From NCBI GenBank assembly GCA_034007745.1, contig JAVEQI010000001.1, forward strand, positions 118,531 through 182,530: 64,000 bases of DNA, in the 5' to 3' direction. A program made the translations under genes and the position numbers. The notes below the pieces were generated by a model. The model was not told the origin of the DNA, ran no database searches, and saw only the letters and a list, made by a program, of their open reading frames with translations. Origin of the DNA: Desulfobacterium sp. Its GTDB lineage: Bacteria > Desulfobacterota > Desulfobacteria > Desulfobacterales > Desulfobacteraceae. The first letter of the stretch is position 1; each line of letters starts with the position of its first letter. Positions 38,607 through 47,167 of this stretch are shown here, one piece after another.

Positions 38607-39950
38607 ATGGCGTTAACCGGTATACAGATTTTCAAACTCCTTCCCAAAACCAACTGCAAGGAGTGCGGCGTGCCAACCTGCCTTGCCTTTGCCATGAACC
38701 TGGCATCGGGCAAAGCAGAGCTTGATTCATGCCCCTATGTATCTGACGAAGCACGGGAGAAACTTGCCGAAGCATCGGCCCCCCCCATTCGTCCCGTGGT
38801 CGTTGGCAGGGGTGTAAGAAAATGCACTACAGGCGGTGAGACAGTTCTCCATCGCCATGAAAAGACCTTTTTCAACCCCACCCTTCTTGCTGGCACGGTG
38901 AAAAGCGATACAGATGCCGCTACCCTTGAGAAAAATCTTAAAATCTTCAATGCCTTCCAGTACGAGCGGGTGGGCTTCAACCTGAGACCGGAACTTATCG
39001 CCCTCAAGGATACTGGTGCTGGCAAAGATGCCTTTGCGGCCTGCGCCAAGACTATAGCAGAGACATCTGAATTCAACCTCATCCTGATGACCGAAGATGT
39101 GGATGTGATGGCCGCAGGTGTGGAAGCGGCAGGCTTCAAGCGCCCCCTTCTCTATGGGGCAACCGAGTCCAATCTTGATGCCATGGGTACCCTTGCCAAG
39201 GAAAACAACCTTCCCCTGGCCGTCAAGGCAGATTCGGTGGATGCTCTTATGCCGTTGACGGCAAAGCTAACGGCAATGGGGCTCAAAGACCTTGTGATTG
39301 ATTCCGGCGCCAGAGAGATAAAGCAGGCCCTGGAAGATCAGGTGGGCATAAGGCGTGCGGCCCTCAAGGCTGGAAACAAGGCCCTTGGGTTCCCCACCAT
39401 CACCTTCCCCAGTGAAATGGCTTCAAACCTTGATATGGAAACCCTCATCGCAAGCATGTTTGTAGCTAAATACGGCGGAATCGTGGTTTTGTCAGACTTT
39501 TCTGCTGAATCTTTGTTTCCGCTCCTGCTTGAGCGTCTCAACATTTTTACCGATCCCCAGAGACCCATGACTGTAGTTGAAGGAATCTATCCAATTGGTA
39601 ACCCAGATGAGAACTCACCCGTGATTGTCACCACCAACTTTGCCCTGACCTACTTTATCGTATCCGGTGAAGTCGAGGCAAGCAGGGTTCCCACATGGCT
39701 TCTCATCAAGGATTCCGAAGGACTTTCAGTTCTCACGGCCTGGGCCGCTGGAAAATTCGGCGGAGATGATGTGGGGCTTTTCATCAAAAAATCCGGTATT
39801 ATGGACAAGGTAAAACATACTGAGGTTATCATCCCCGGTTATGCCGCAGCCATTGCAGGCGATGTTGAAGAGGAACTCCCGGGCTGGACCATCACCGTAG
39901 GACCCAGGGAAGCAGCCCATCTTCCTGCTTTTCTTAAAACAAAAATATAA
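38607..39950 (+). CDS. acsC: Corrinoid iron-sulfur protein large subunit
   Basis: MALTGIQIFKLLPKTNCKECGVPTCLAFAMNLASGKAELDSCPYV is the [4Fe-4S] N-terminal motif of AcsC/CdhE. Confidence 0.9.
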   Translation: MALTGIQIFKLLPKTNCKECGVPTCLAFAMNLASGKAELDSCPYVSDEAREKLAEASAPPIRPVVVGRGVRKCTTGGETVLHRHEKTFFNPTLLAGTVKSDTDAATLEKNLKIFNAFQYERVGFNLRPELIALKDTGAGKDAFAACAKTIAETSEFNLILMTEDVDVMAAGVEAAGFKRPLLYGATESNLDAMGTLAKENNLPLAVKADSVDALMPLTAKLTAMGLKDLVIDSGAREIKQALEDQVGIRRAALKAGNKALGFPTITFPSEMASNLDMETLIASMFVAKYGGIVVLSDFSAESLFPLLLERLNIFTDPQRPMTVVEGIYPIGNPDENSPVIVTTNFALTYFIVSGEVEASRVPTWLLIKDSEGLSVLTAWAAGKFGGDDVGLFIKKSGIMDKVKHTEVIIPGYAAAIAGDVEEELPGWTITVGPREAAHLPAFLKTKI

Positions 39951-40139
39951 CCGGCATGACCCTGCAAGGTCTTATTGTCCGGCCATAAACAGATTGGGAT
40001 CTCCCCCTAAAAAGAACATCCTGAAGGGGAGTTTCCCTAGTAATTAGGAATCAAGCAATCCCAACGGGGCGGACATCTCGCCCCCGGGGTTATAGTTCAT
40101 CCTAGGATGAACCCAATTTTTAATGTAAAGGGAGATGAA

Positions 40140-41045
40140 ATGATACTTTTTGGAGAAAGCTTGAACGTTATTTCCAATGTGATTGGAAAAGAATTTAAGC
40201 AAGCAGATCCTGCCAAAAGAAATCCTGAGCCTATCCAGAAAGAGGTTCTTATGCAGAAAGAGAAAGGCATGGATTACATCGATATCAACCTGGGACCTGC
40301 CAAGAAATTCGGTACAGAGCTCATGCCATGGGTGGTCAATGTGGTTCAGGAGGCTGTTCCGGGAATGCCTCTGCTTCTTGACTCTTCGAACATAGATGCA
40401 ATTGAGGCGGGCCTCAAGGTTGCAAAACCTGCTGACAAGCCCCATATTGTGAACTCCATCATGGCAAGGGCTGAACGGTATGAATCAATGGTTCCCATGA
40501 CAAAGAAGTATGATGCCGATTTTGTCGCCCTCATGTGGGGACCAGAAGGTCTTCCACGGGACGAGAACGAGCGTGCTGCACTTGCCGTAGAGCTTCTCTA
40601 CTATGCCAACGAGGCAGGCATTCCCAACGAAAAAATCTGGGTGGACGGCATTGTAACCCCGGTCAACATCCAGCAGCCCCAGGCCATAAGTCTGATGCTG
40701 TTCCAGGAGATGCTCCAGGACATAGCCCCCGGTGCTATGAGCACCTGCGGTCTTTCCAACATCTCCAACGGTCCCCCGAATCACCTTCGGCCGATCCTGA
40801 ACCAAACTTACATGGTTATGCTTCAAAAATACGGAATGGCATCTGTGATCTCAGATCCCCTTGACACCCAGCTCACAGCAATTGCAAAGGGCAAACGCCC
40901 GGACATCGTAGAGCTTATCTACGCCATTCAGGACGGAAACCAGCCGGATATGGCATCACTTTCCGACGAGTTAAAGGGCTATGCCAAAACGGTTAATGTA
41001 ATCCTTGGCAATACCCTGTACTCAGATTCATGGCTTGAGCTATAG
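40140..41045 (+). CDS. acsE: Methyl-THF:corrinoid/iron-sulfur protein methyltransferase
   Basis: Pterin-binding TIM-barrel family (MILFGESLNVIS..., IDINLGP, LLLDSSN). I prefer ATG 40140 (GGGAG upstream) because ATG 40107 lies inside an 18-nt perfect palindrome. Confidence 0.85.
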   Translation: MILFGESLNVISNVIGKEFKQADPAKRNPEPIQKEVLMQKEKGMDYIDINLGPAKKFGTELMPWVVNVVQEAVPGMPLLLDSSNIDAIEAGLKVAKPADKPHIVNSIMARAERYESMVPMTKKYDADFVALMWGPEGLPRDENERAALAVELLYYANEAGIPNEKIWVDGIVTPVNIQQPQAISLMLFQEMLQDIAPGAMSTCGLSNISNGPPNHLRPILNQTYMVMLQKYGMASVISDPLDTQLTAIAKGKRPDIVELIYAIQDGNQPDMASLSDELKGYAKTVNVILGNTLYSDSWLEL

Positions 41046-41068
41046 ATAAAAAAATTCACCCGAGTTAC

Positions 41069-41107
41069 AACCCCTTTTCGGCCATGGCCCTAAAGGGGTT
41101 TTTTTTT
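41069..41107 (+). terminator. Rho-independent terminator of the acs operon
   Basis: AACCCCTTT pairs with AAAGGGGTT, followed by a T9 run. Confidence 0.8.
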
Positions 41108-41215
41108 GGATAATGGAAAATGACAATTGGGGATTTTATTTGCAATTGGTCGCTTTATGAATATATTAGAAGTTAATTCCAATTGATAATTTTTTAATCT
41201 TAATGGGGACGCAAC

Positions 41216-41524
41216 ATGGAAACCAATCAGCAACCCGACAGCACGGTCAAAGACCAGTGGCTGTTTATTGTTGTTCAGAACCCTGGGACAGGATCTGAGC
41301 AATTCATGGGATTCAAGACCAGGGACGATGAACAGGAGTTCATCCCGGCTTTTGAATCACGGCAGGAGGCCGAGCAATGCTTTCTGATTATGCCAAAGGA
41401 TGTGATGAAAAACAAGTACGAGGTCCAGGCCATCCACAGGGACGACCTTATTTTAACAGCCAGAGACAACGGGTTTAACCTGTTTTTGATGGATGATAAG
41501 AGCCGAATCAAGAAAAAACTATAG
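41216..41524 (+). CDS. Small acidic hypothetical protein (102 aa)
   Basis: ORF located between the acs terminator and the second cooC. I recognised no family. Confidence 0.4.
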   Translation: METNQQPDSTVKDQWLFIVVQNPGTGSEQFMGFKTRDDEQEFIPAFESRQEAEQCFLIMPKDVMKNKYEVQAIHRDDLILTARDNGFNLFLMDDKSRIKKKL

Positions 41525-41552
41525 ATCCAAACAATAAAACAGGAGTATAAAA

Positions 41553-42335
41553 GTGAGCTTAAAATTAGCCATCGGCGGTAAGGGAGGCGTTGGAAAGACC
41601 ACCATCACCTCACTCCTTGCAAGAACCATTGCACAGATTGACAACACAAGGGTCATAGCCATAGATGCAGATCCAGTTGCTAACCTTGCGGCAGGCCTTG
41701 GAATAGATGAGACAACTCCCATAACTCCCATTGCTGAGCTGTCCGATCTCATAGCCGAACGAACCGGTGCCAAACCCGGTACCATGGGCGGTTTTTTCAC
41801 CCTAAACCCAAAGGTCGACGATATCCCCGACCGATTCTCCCTTGAACGCGACGGAGTAAAACTTCTGGTAATGGGAACGGTTCAGAGTGGAGGATCAGGC
41901 TGCATCTGCCCTGAAAGCACCATCTTAAAGGCTTTGATGAATCATCTTGTGCTTGCAAGAAACGAAGTTGTTATCATGGACATGGAAGCCGGGGTAGAAC
42001 ACCTTGGCAGGGCTACATCTGGATCTGTGGACGCCCTTGTGGCAGTTGTCAATCCGGGTAAAAGAAGCCGGGTTGCGGCGGAACGAATCAGAAAACTCGG
42101 CCAGGATATCGGCATAAAAAAAATCGTTGTCCTTGGGAACCGGGTTAAAAACAAAGAGGATGAAGATCTGATCCGCAATTCTTTGTCCGATTTTGAGATC
42201 ATTGGATTTCTTCCGGAAATGGACGAGATCATAAATGCGGACAGAAAGGGAGTTCGGCCGTTTGAAGACCCTGCAACCATACCCGAGACTCTCAAAACCA
42301 TTGCCCGGCGTTTTCTGGATTTAAATGCAAAATAA
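41553..42335 (+). CDS. cooC: CooC/AcsF-type Ni-insertion ATPase, second copy
   Basis: GTG start after AGGAG. P-loop GGKGGVGKTT and CXC motif GCICPES. Confidence 0.85.
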   Translation: MSLKLAIGGKGGVGKTTITSLLARTIAQIDNTRVIAIDADPVANLAAGLGIDETTPITPIAELSDLIAERTGAKPGTMGGFFTLNPKVDDIPDRFSLERDGVKLLVMGTVQSGGSGCICPESTILKALMNHLVLARNEVVIMDMEAGVEHLGRATSGSVDALVAVVNPGKRSRVAAERIRKLGQDIGIKKIVVLGNRVKNKEDEDLIRNSLSDFEIIGFLPEMDEIINADRKGVRPFEDPATIPETLKTIARRFLDLNAK

Positions 42336-42370
42336 CCACCCTGGCTCATTCTCGTTTCTAAGGGCCGAGT

Positions 42371-42395
42371 TAGGGCAGTGCACGAATTGACCCCT
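42371..42395. repeat. REP-like repeat, family B (TAGGGCAGTGCACGAATTGACCCCT), degenerate
   Basis: Related to the copies at 2746, 10841 and 24673. Confidence 0.45.
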
Positions 42396-42461
42396 GGCGT
42401 CGGCCATATTCCATATTATCCTCATTCATCGCACAATCAAACAAATCGACCAGCCATGATT

Positions 42462-42491
42462 GGTAGAGACGCCCAATATGGGTGTCCTACC
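42462..42491. repeat. REP-like repeat, family A (GGTAGAGACGCCCAATATGGGTGTCCTACC)
   Basis: Related to the copies at 5822 and 5952. Confidence 0.6.
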
Positions 42492-42497
42492 AACCAA

Positions 42498-43196
42498 CTA
42501 CCCCTTGAGTTTAAGCTTGATCCCTGAACCTGTCTCCCTCACGGTAAACCCAAAGGGTTCGAGCAGTTGAAATAATGGCCGCCCGAAATAAAAGAGCTCC
42601 TGTGCAACCGAAAGGTGAAATTCACCAACGGATTCGAACCTGTGGTCGAGATCCCTGTTGACAATCTTTTCAAGATTTTTCAAGGCTTTTTTAGACATCC
42701 GCCCCAAGGGGCCCAGGAGGGCCTTAACATCGGAGAAAGGAAAAAGAGACTCATGCTGGATCAGTCTTTTGCCAAGCTCAGTTTCTGGTCCAACCAGATC
42801 AAGCCTTGACAAAAGGTCATTCCCCGCCAGCTTGAGAATTTCCCCGGTATCCCAGCACTTGAGGGTTTTACACGCCAGGGGACGACTGTCATAAATGGAA
42901 CATCCCCTTTTACCTTTGTCATAGAACAGGCAGGTCCAGGTGCCGTTTGATCCCGATATTTTCAGCAGCTCGGTTTTTGAAGGTACAACGGTGTTTGTCA
43001 CGGGGTCATGGACAAACTCACCCCGCCTGATGGTGATGATGCTTTCAAACGGTAGCGTACCATTTTTAACCAACAAAACATCCTGAAGATGCAATGCGGG
43101 ACCTCCCCTTTCACAGCAGGTTCCACACTGCTTGCACACTATCTGGGTAGGATTTTTCAATCTGTCCCCTGGCTCACCGCCCATCTGGTCGGTCAT
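42498..43196 (-). CDS. YkgJ-family (CxxCxxCC) zinc/iron-chelating cysteine-cluster protein
   Basis: CKQCGTCCERGGP ... CSIYDSRPLACK. It lies 25 nt downstream of the nuoF-like gene on the same strand. Confidence 0.65.
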   Translation of the reverse strand: MTDQMGGEPGDRLKNPTQIVCKQCGTCCERGGPALHLQDVLLVKNGTLPFESIITIRRGEFVHDPVTNTVVPSKTELLKISGSNGTWTCLFYDKGKRGCSIYDSRPLACKTLKCWDTGEILKLAGNDLLSRLDLVGPETELGKRLIQHESLFPFSDVKALLGPLGRMSKKALKNLEKIVNRDLDHRFESVGEFHLSVAQELFYFGRPLFQLLEPFGFTVRETGSGIKLKLKG

Positions 43197-43220
43197 ATAC
43201 TCCTTGTGTAACAGATTCTT

Positions 43221-45008
43221 TTAAAAAATAGAATTAAACGGGCACCGGGCATAACAGGTCATGCACTTTATGCACTTATCCTTGTCAATGACGGCCACCT
43301 GTTTTTTCTCCCAGATGATGGCACCGGCAGGACAGGCCTTGTAGCAAATCCCGCAGCGCTTGCAAAGTTCCGGATCAACTTCAAACTTGACCAGATTCGG
43401 GCAGATCTTTGCCGGGCATCTTTTTTCCTCGATGTGGGCCTCATACTCTTCTCTAAAATAGCGAAGGGTGGAAAGAACCGGGTTGGATGCAGTCTGACCC
43501 AGACCGCACAGGCTGGCCTTGCCAACTACATGGGCAAGGCCTTCCAGACGTTCGATATCTCCGGTCTTGCCGTTGCCAAGGCAGATCTCTTCCAGAATAT
43601 CAAGCATCTGCTTGGTGCCTTCCCGGCACGGGGTACATTTGCCGCAGGACTCGTCCTGAATGAAATCCATGAAATAACGCGCCATGTCCACCATGCAGGT
43701 GTGATCGTCCATGACAATGGCACCCCCCGACCCCATTATGGCTCCTACCTTGACAATCTCCTCGTAGTCGATACGGGTGTCAAGGTGCTCTTCGGGAACA
43801 CATCCGCCTGAAGGGCCGCCAAGTTGAAGGGCCTTGAATTTTCGTTTGTTGGGAACGCCTCCCCCTATTTCATATACCAAGGATCTCAGGGTCGTTCCCA
43901 TGGGAATTTCCACAAGGCCTATGTTGGACACGTCTCCTGACAGGGCAAACACCTTAGTACCCTTGCTCTTTTCCGTTCCAACACCTGCATACCACTTTCC
44001 CCCTTTGAGTATGATCTGGGGGACATTGACAAGGGTCTCGACATTATTGAGGATGGTGGGTTTTTCCCAGAGTCCCTTGTGGGCCGGAAACGGAGGACGG
44101 GGCCTTGGCATACCCCGGTTCCCCTCAATGGATCGCATAAGGGCCGTTTCTTCACCGCACACAAAAGCACCCGCCCCCTGATACACTTCGATATCAAAAT
44201 CAAATCCCGAGCCCAGGATATCCTCACCCAGGAGCCCGTAATCCCTGGCCTGGGCAATGGCAATGCCAAGACGCCTGATGGCAAGGGGATATTCGCTCCT
44301 GCAGTAGATATATCCCTTGTGGGCATTTATGGCCTTGGCGGCAATGGTCATACCCTCAAGAACGGCGTGGGGGTCAGACTCTAAAAGACTTCTGTCCATA
44401 AAGGCCCCTGGATCTCCCTCGTCTGCGTTACAGAGAACATACTTTTCATCTCCCTCGGCCCCTTTGGCAAACTTCCACTTCATGCCAGCGGGAAAGCCCG
44501 CACCTCCCCTGCCCCTCAACCCCGAAGCAAGCATCTCTTCAATGATACCGTCCGCCGTCATCTCGTTGAGAGCCTTTGCAAGGCCGAAATAGCCGTCCCT
44601 TGCAATATACTCATCTATCACCTCTGGATCAATGAGCCCCTTGTTTCGCATGGCCCGGAACATCTGGCTTGCAAAAAAAGGAATGTCATCCATCCTGGGA
44701 ATAATGTTTTTTGAGGCTGGTTCCTTGTAAAAAAGACGTTTGAGCGGCCTGCCCTTGAGGAAATGTTCCTCCACGAGCTCAGCTGCATCCTCCGGCTTAA
44801 TTTTTTGATAAAATATACCTTCCGGCTGAACCACCATTACAGGACCCACGGCACAGAAGCCGTTACACCCGGTTATGATGATTTCCACCTCATCCTTGAG
44901 GCCCTGATCTTCGATCTCCCGGGATAGCGCCTCTCTTACCCGCTCACTCCCGGTTGCATGGCATCCGGTTCCGCCGCAGAGCATGAGCTGTAATCTGATT
45001 TTATTCAT
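43221..45008 (-). CDS. NuoF-like NAD(P)H-binding flavoprotein (HydB/HndC/FdhB type) with an N-terminal thioredoxin-like 2Fe-2S domain and C-terminal 2x[4Fe-4S]
   Basis: GRGGAGFPAGMKW (FMN/NADH site), ESCGKCTPCREG, C-terminal CxxCxxCxxxCP twice, N-terminal CGGTGCHA...GCNGFC. Confidence 0.88.
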   Translation of the reverse strand: MNKIRLQLMLCGGTGCHATGSERVREALSREIEDQGLKDEVEIIITGCNGFCAVGPVMVVQPEGIFYQKIKPEDAAELVEEHFLKGRPLKRLFYKEPASKNIIPRMDDIPFFASQMFRAMRNKGLIDPEVIDEYIARDGYFGLAKALNEMTADGIIEEMLASGLRGRGGAGFPAGMKWKFAKGAEGDEKYVLCNADEGDPGAFMDRSLLESDPHAVLEGMTIAAKAINAHKGYIYCRSEYPLAIRRLGIAIAQARDYGLLGEDILGSGFDFDIEVYQGAGAFVCGEETALMRSIEGNRGMPRPRPPFPAHKGLWEKPTILNNVETLVNVPQIILKGGKWYAGVGTEKSKGTKVFALSGDVSNIGLVEIPMGTTLRSLVYEIGGGVPNKRKFKALQLGGPSGGCVPEEHLDTRIDYEEIVKVGAIMGSGGAIVMDDHTCMVDMARYFMDFIQDESCGKCTPCREGTKQMLDILEEICLGNGKTGDIERLEGLAHVVGKASLCGLGQTASNPVLSTLRYFREEYEAHIEEKRCPAKICPNLVKFEVDPELCKRCGICYKACPAGAIIWEKKQVAVIDKDKCIKCMTCYARCPFNSIF

Positions 45009-45028
45009 GAAATTCTCCCATGTATGGC

Positions 45029-45523
45029 CTATTCGTATTTTTCCAGAATATTGATCACCTTATCCGAGGTCACCTCACCGTAAATATCCTTATCAACGAT
45101 CATTACAGGTGCAAGGCCGCAGGCGCCAAGACACCTGACCCCCTCAAGGGAAAACTTTCGATCTTCACTTGTCTCTCCCTCCTTGATCCCATAGGTGTTG
45201 CTGATACGCCCCATAGCCTCTTTTATGCCCTTGACATAGCAGGCCGTACCCGTGCATACCTTAACTGTATGGCGACCCTTTGGGGTAAGGGAAAAAAAAG
45301 AATAAAAGGTTACCACTCCAAACACCTGGCTTGTGGGCAAAACAAGCCCCTGGCTTATGTGACGGATAAGTTCAGCCGGCAAATACCCCACGACTTCCTG
45401 GCTTTCACGAAGAACGGCTATCACGGAACCCGGCTTGCCCTTGCCGTTTGCAATGATTTTATTTATTTTTCCCCACATCTCCTCTGAAATGTCTGGATGA
45501 ACGGGATGTCTGGTTTGATTCAT
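45029..45523 (-). CDS. NuoE-like 2Fe-2S subunit (HydC/HndA type)
   Basis: VCTGTACYVKG...CLGACGLAPV is the thioredoxin-like 2Fe-2S motif. Confidence 0.88.
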   Translation of the reverse strand: MNQTRHPVHPDISEEMWGKINKIIANGKGKPGSVIAVLRESQEVVGYLPAELIRHISQGLVLPTSQVFGVVTFYSFFSLTPKGRHTVKVCTGTACYVKGIKEAMGRISNTYGIKEGETSEDRKFSLEGVRCLGACGLAPVMIVDKDIYGEVTSDKVINILEKYE

Positions 45524-45571
45524 AGTTTCTCCTGTACTCGATAAACGTCTATCCGGCTTAGAACAGCTAAT

Positions 45572-45589
45572 TTTACAAACAGTTGTAAA
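45572..45589. promoter_or_regulatory. Perfect 7-N4-7 palindrome TTTACAA-ACAG-TTGTAAA, 49 nt upstream of nuoE
   Basis: Seen directly. Half-site order is opposite to the Rex consensus (TTGTGAA-N4-TTCACAA). Confidence 0.3.
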
Positions 45590-45621
45590 CCTTTATTTTC
45601 ACAGTCAAGTCAAATTGTCAA

Positions 45622-46296
45622 TCATCGTTCAAAATTTTCCAGAACCGGTACTCTGTCCATGGAGGCAAGACGCTCCAGTACAGCATCGTACTCTTTGAAC
45701 CTTGACTGCCAGACGTACTGCCCCATGGCATGCAAGTTTTTACACCAAGTCACTATAACTCGTATACAAAATGGACCCATGGTGCTCCAGGGGCATGATC
45801 TCAGGATACGCAAGCCTTTGGGGCAAAAGGGGAATGCACCCCATACCCACGGCCTCCACCACCGAGATACCGAAATTTTCCTGAATTGCGCAGCTCACAA
45901 CCACGTGGCCCTGACTGAGCCATTCAAAGTACTCCTGCTTGGATTCGACATGGCCGAATACCACAATCTCCCTATGGAACACCTCTTTTGCGGCAACAAA
46001 AGCCTTGGAAACTTTTGAGACTCCCTCACCAAGAAGTGCCAGCCTGAAAGGAATCCCCCTCTGTTTGATCTCACCCAGGGCCCTGAAAAACCGTTGTGGC
46101 TTTTTATCATACTCCCAGCGATGGTTCCAGATGATCAGGGGGAAGAAGCTTTCTTTCCTGCCTGGGTTTAACCTGCATGGCTTGAATGTTCTTTCAAACC
46201 CAGGGCAAAATCCCTGTAGGACCCCCCAAAATATGATTCCAGAAAAAGAAACTTCACCAGCTCCTCCCTGCCTGTCTGCCTGTTACTGTTTTCCAT
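45622..46296 (-). pseudogene. Decayed DUF3524-type family-1 glycosyltransferase (internal deletion plus frameshifts)
   Basis: An N-terminal piece MENSNRQTGREELVKFLFLESYFGGSYRDFALGLKEHSSH runs into a stop. A second frame gives FFPLIIWNHRWEYDKKPQRFF...QENFGISVVEAVGMGCIPLLP...YTSYSDLV*. A third frame gives KNLHAMGQYVWQSRFKEYDAVLERL... About 220 codons remain of an expected roughly 370. Confidence 0.6.
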
Positions 46297-46335
46297 AGGC
46301 ATTGCATCTGTAACAGCAGATTCCATGCCTTTTTT
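46297..46335 (+). terminator. Orphan plus-strand terminator-like hairpin
   Basis: AGGCAT-TGC-ATCTG-TAACAG-CAGAT-TCC-ATGCCT plus T6. No plus-strand gene lies upstream. Confidence 0.35.
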
Positions 46336-46372
46336 CATTGACTTGCAAGGCACGATACTCTAAGAATTATTC

Positions 46373-46726
46373 ATGATACTTTCAGAAATAGCCGTCATAC
46401 TAAATGCCAAATTTCTTTTTGGCGAGGAAATGGGCGCAAAAAAGATTCTCAAGATTGGAGCAAGCGACCTGATGAGCGATCTTCTGACCGCTGATTCGGC
46501 AGGCTCACTTATTCTGACAGGCCTTGCCACACAGCAGGCTGTTAGGGCTGCCTCCATAGCCGGGGCAAGCGCCATTGTTCTGATCAGGGGAAAAAATCCT
46601 CCCCAGGAGATCATTGATCTTGCAAGGGAGGAGAATATTCCCCTTCTTACCACCCCCCTGTCAATGTTTGTCGCAAGCGGACGTCTCTATATGCATGAAC
46701 TCAAAGGCCTTAACAACGGGCGGTAA
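46373..46726 (+). CDS. DRTGG-domain protein
   Basis: GASDLMSDLL...GSLILTGLATQQAVRAASIAGASAIVL..GK.PPQEIIDLAREENIPLL matches the DRTGG family pattern. Confidence 0.7.
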   Translation: MILSEIAVILNAKFLFGEEMGAKKILKIGASDLMSDLLTADSAGSLILTGLATQQAVRAASIAGASAIVLIRGKNPPQEIIDLAREENIPLLTTPLSMFVASGRLYMHELKGLNNGR

Positions 46727-46738
46727 TCCGGAGGTCCC

Positions 46739-47167
46739 ATGGAAAACCTGGTAAAAACATTTCTCATCAAGCACAGAGATTTTGTCCATGCCGGAAAGCC
46801 GTCCATCGAAATAAAGAACATACTAAAATCCCTTAACACATCACCCGACATTATCCGCAGGGTTGCCGTCTGCGGCTACGAGGGAGAAATGAACGTTGTC
46901 ATGCATGCGTGCAACGGCCGCATGGACCTTGAGCTGTCTGCCACAAGAATAAAGCTGCGCATCAGGGATAAAGGACCGGGCATCAAAGATATCGACCAGG
47001 CCATGCAGGTGGGTTTTTCAACGGCCCCTGACGAGTTCAGGGAGCTGGGGTTTGGTGCGGGCATGGGGCTGCCAAACATGAAAAAAAATGCCGACCAGTT
47101 TGAAATAATCTCCGGCCCTGGAGAGGGAACAACCATTACGATGGAATTTAAAACCGGAGGGGGCTGA
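46739..47167 (+). CDS. RsbW/SpoIIAB-like HATPase_c protein (anti-sigma-type Ser/Thr kinase fold)
   Basis: EMNVVMHA..., IRDKGPGI, GFGAGMGLPNMKK, GEGTTI (N, G1 and G2 boxes). Confidence 0.7.
   Translation: MENLVKTFLIKHRDFVHAGKPSIEIKNILKSLNTSPDIIRRVAVCGYEGEMNVVMHACNGRMDLELSATRIKLRIRDKGPGIKDIDQAMQVGFSTAPDEFRELGFGAGMGLPNMKKNADQFEIISGPGEGTTITMEFKTGGG

Noticed and set aside
45572-45589. The palindrome upstream of nuoE, considered as a Rex (NADH/NAD+ sensor) operator.
   Set aside because: Rex boxes read TTGTGAA-N4-TTCACAA. Here the half-sites are in the opposite order (TTTACAA-N4-TTGTAAA) and lack the G/C core. It is kept only as an unassigned palindrome.
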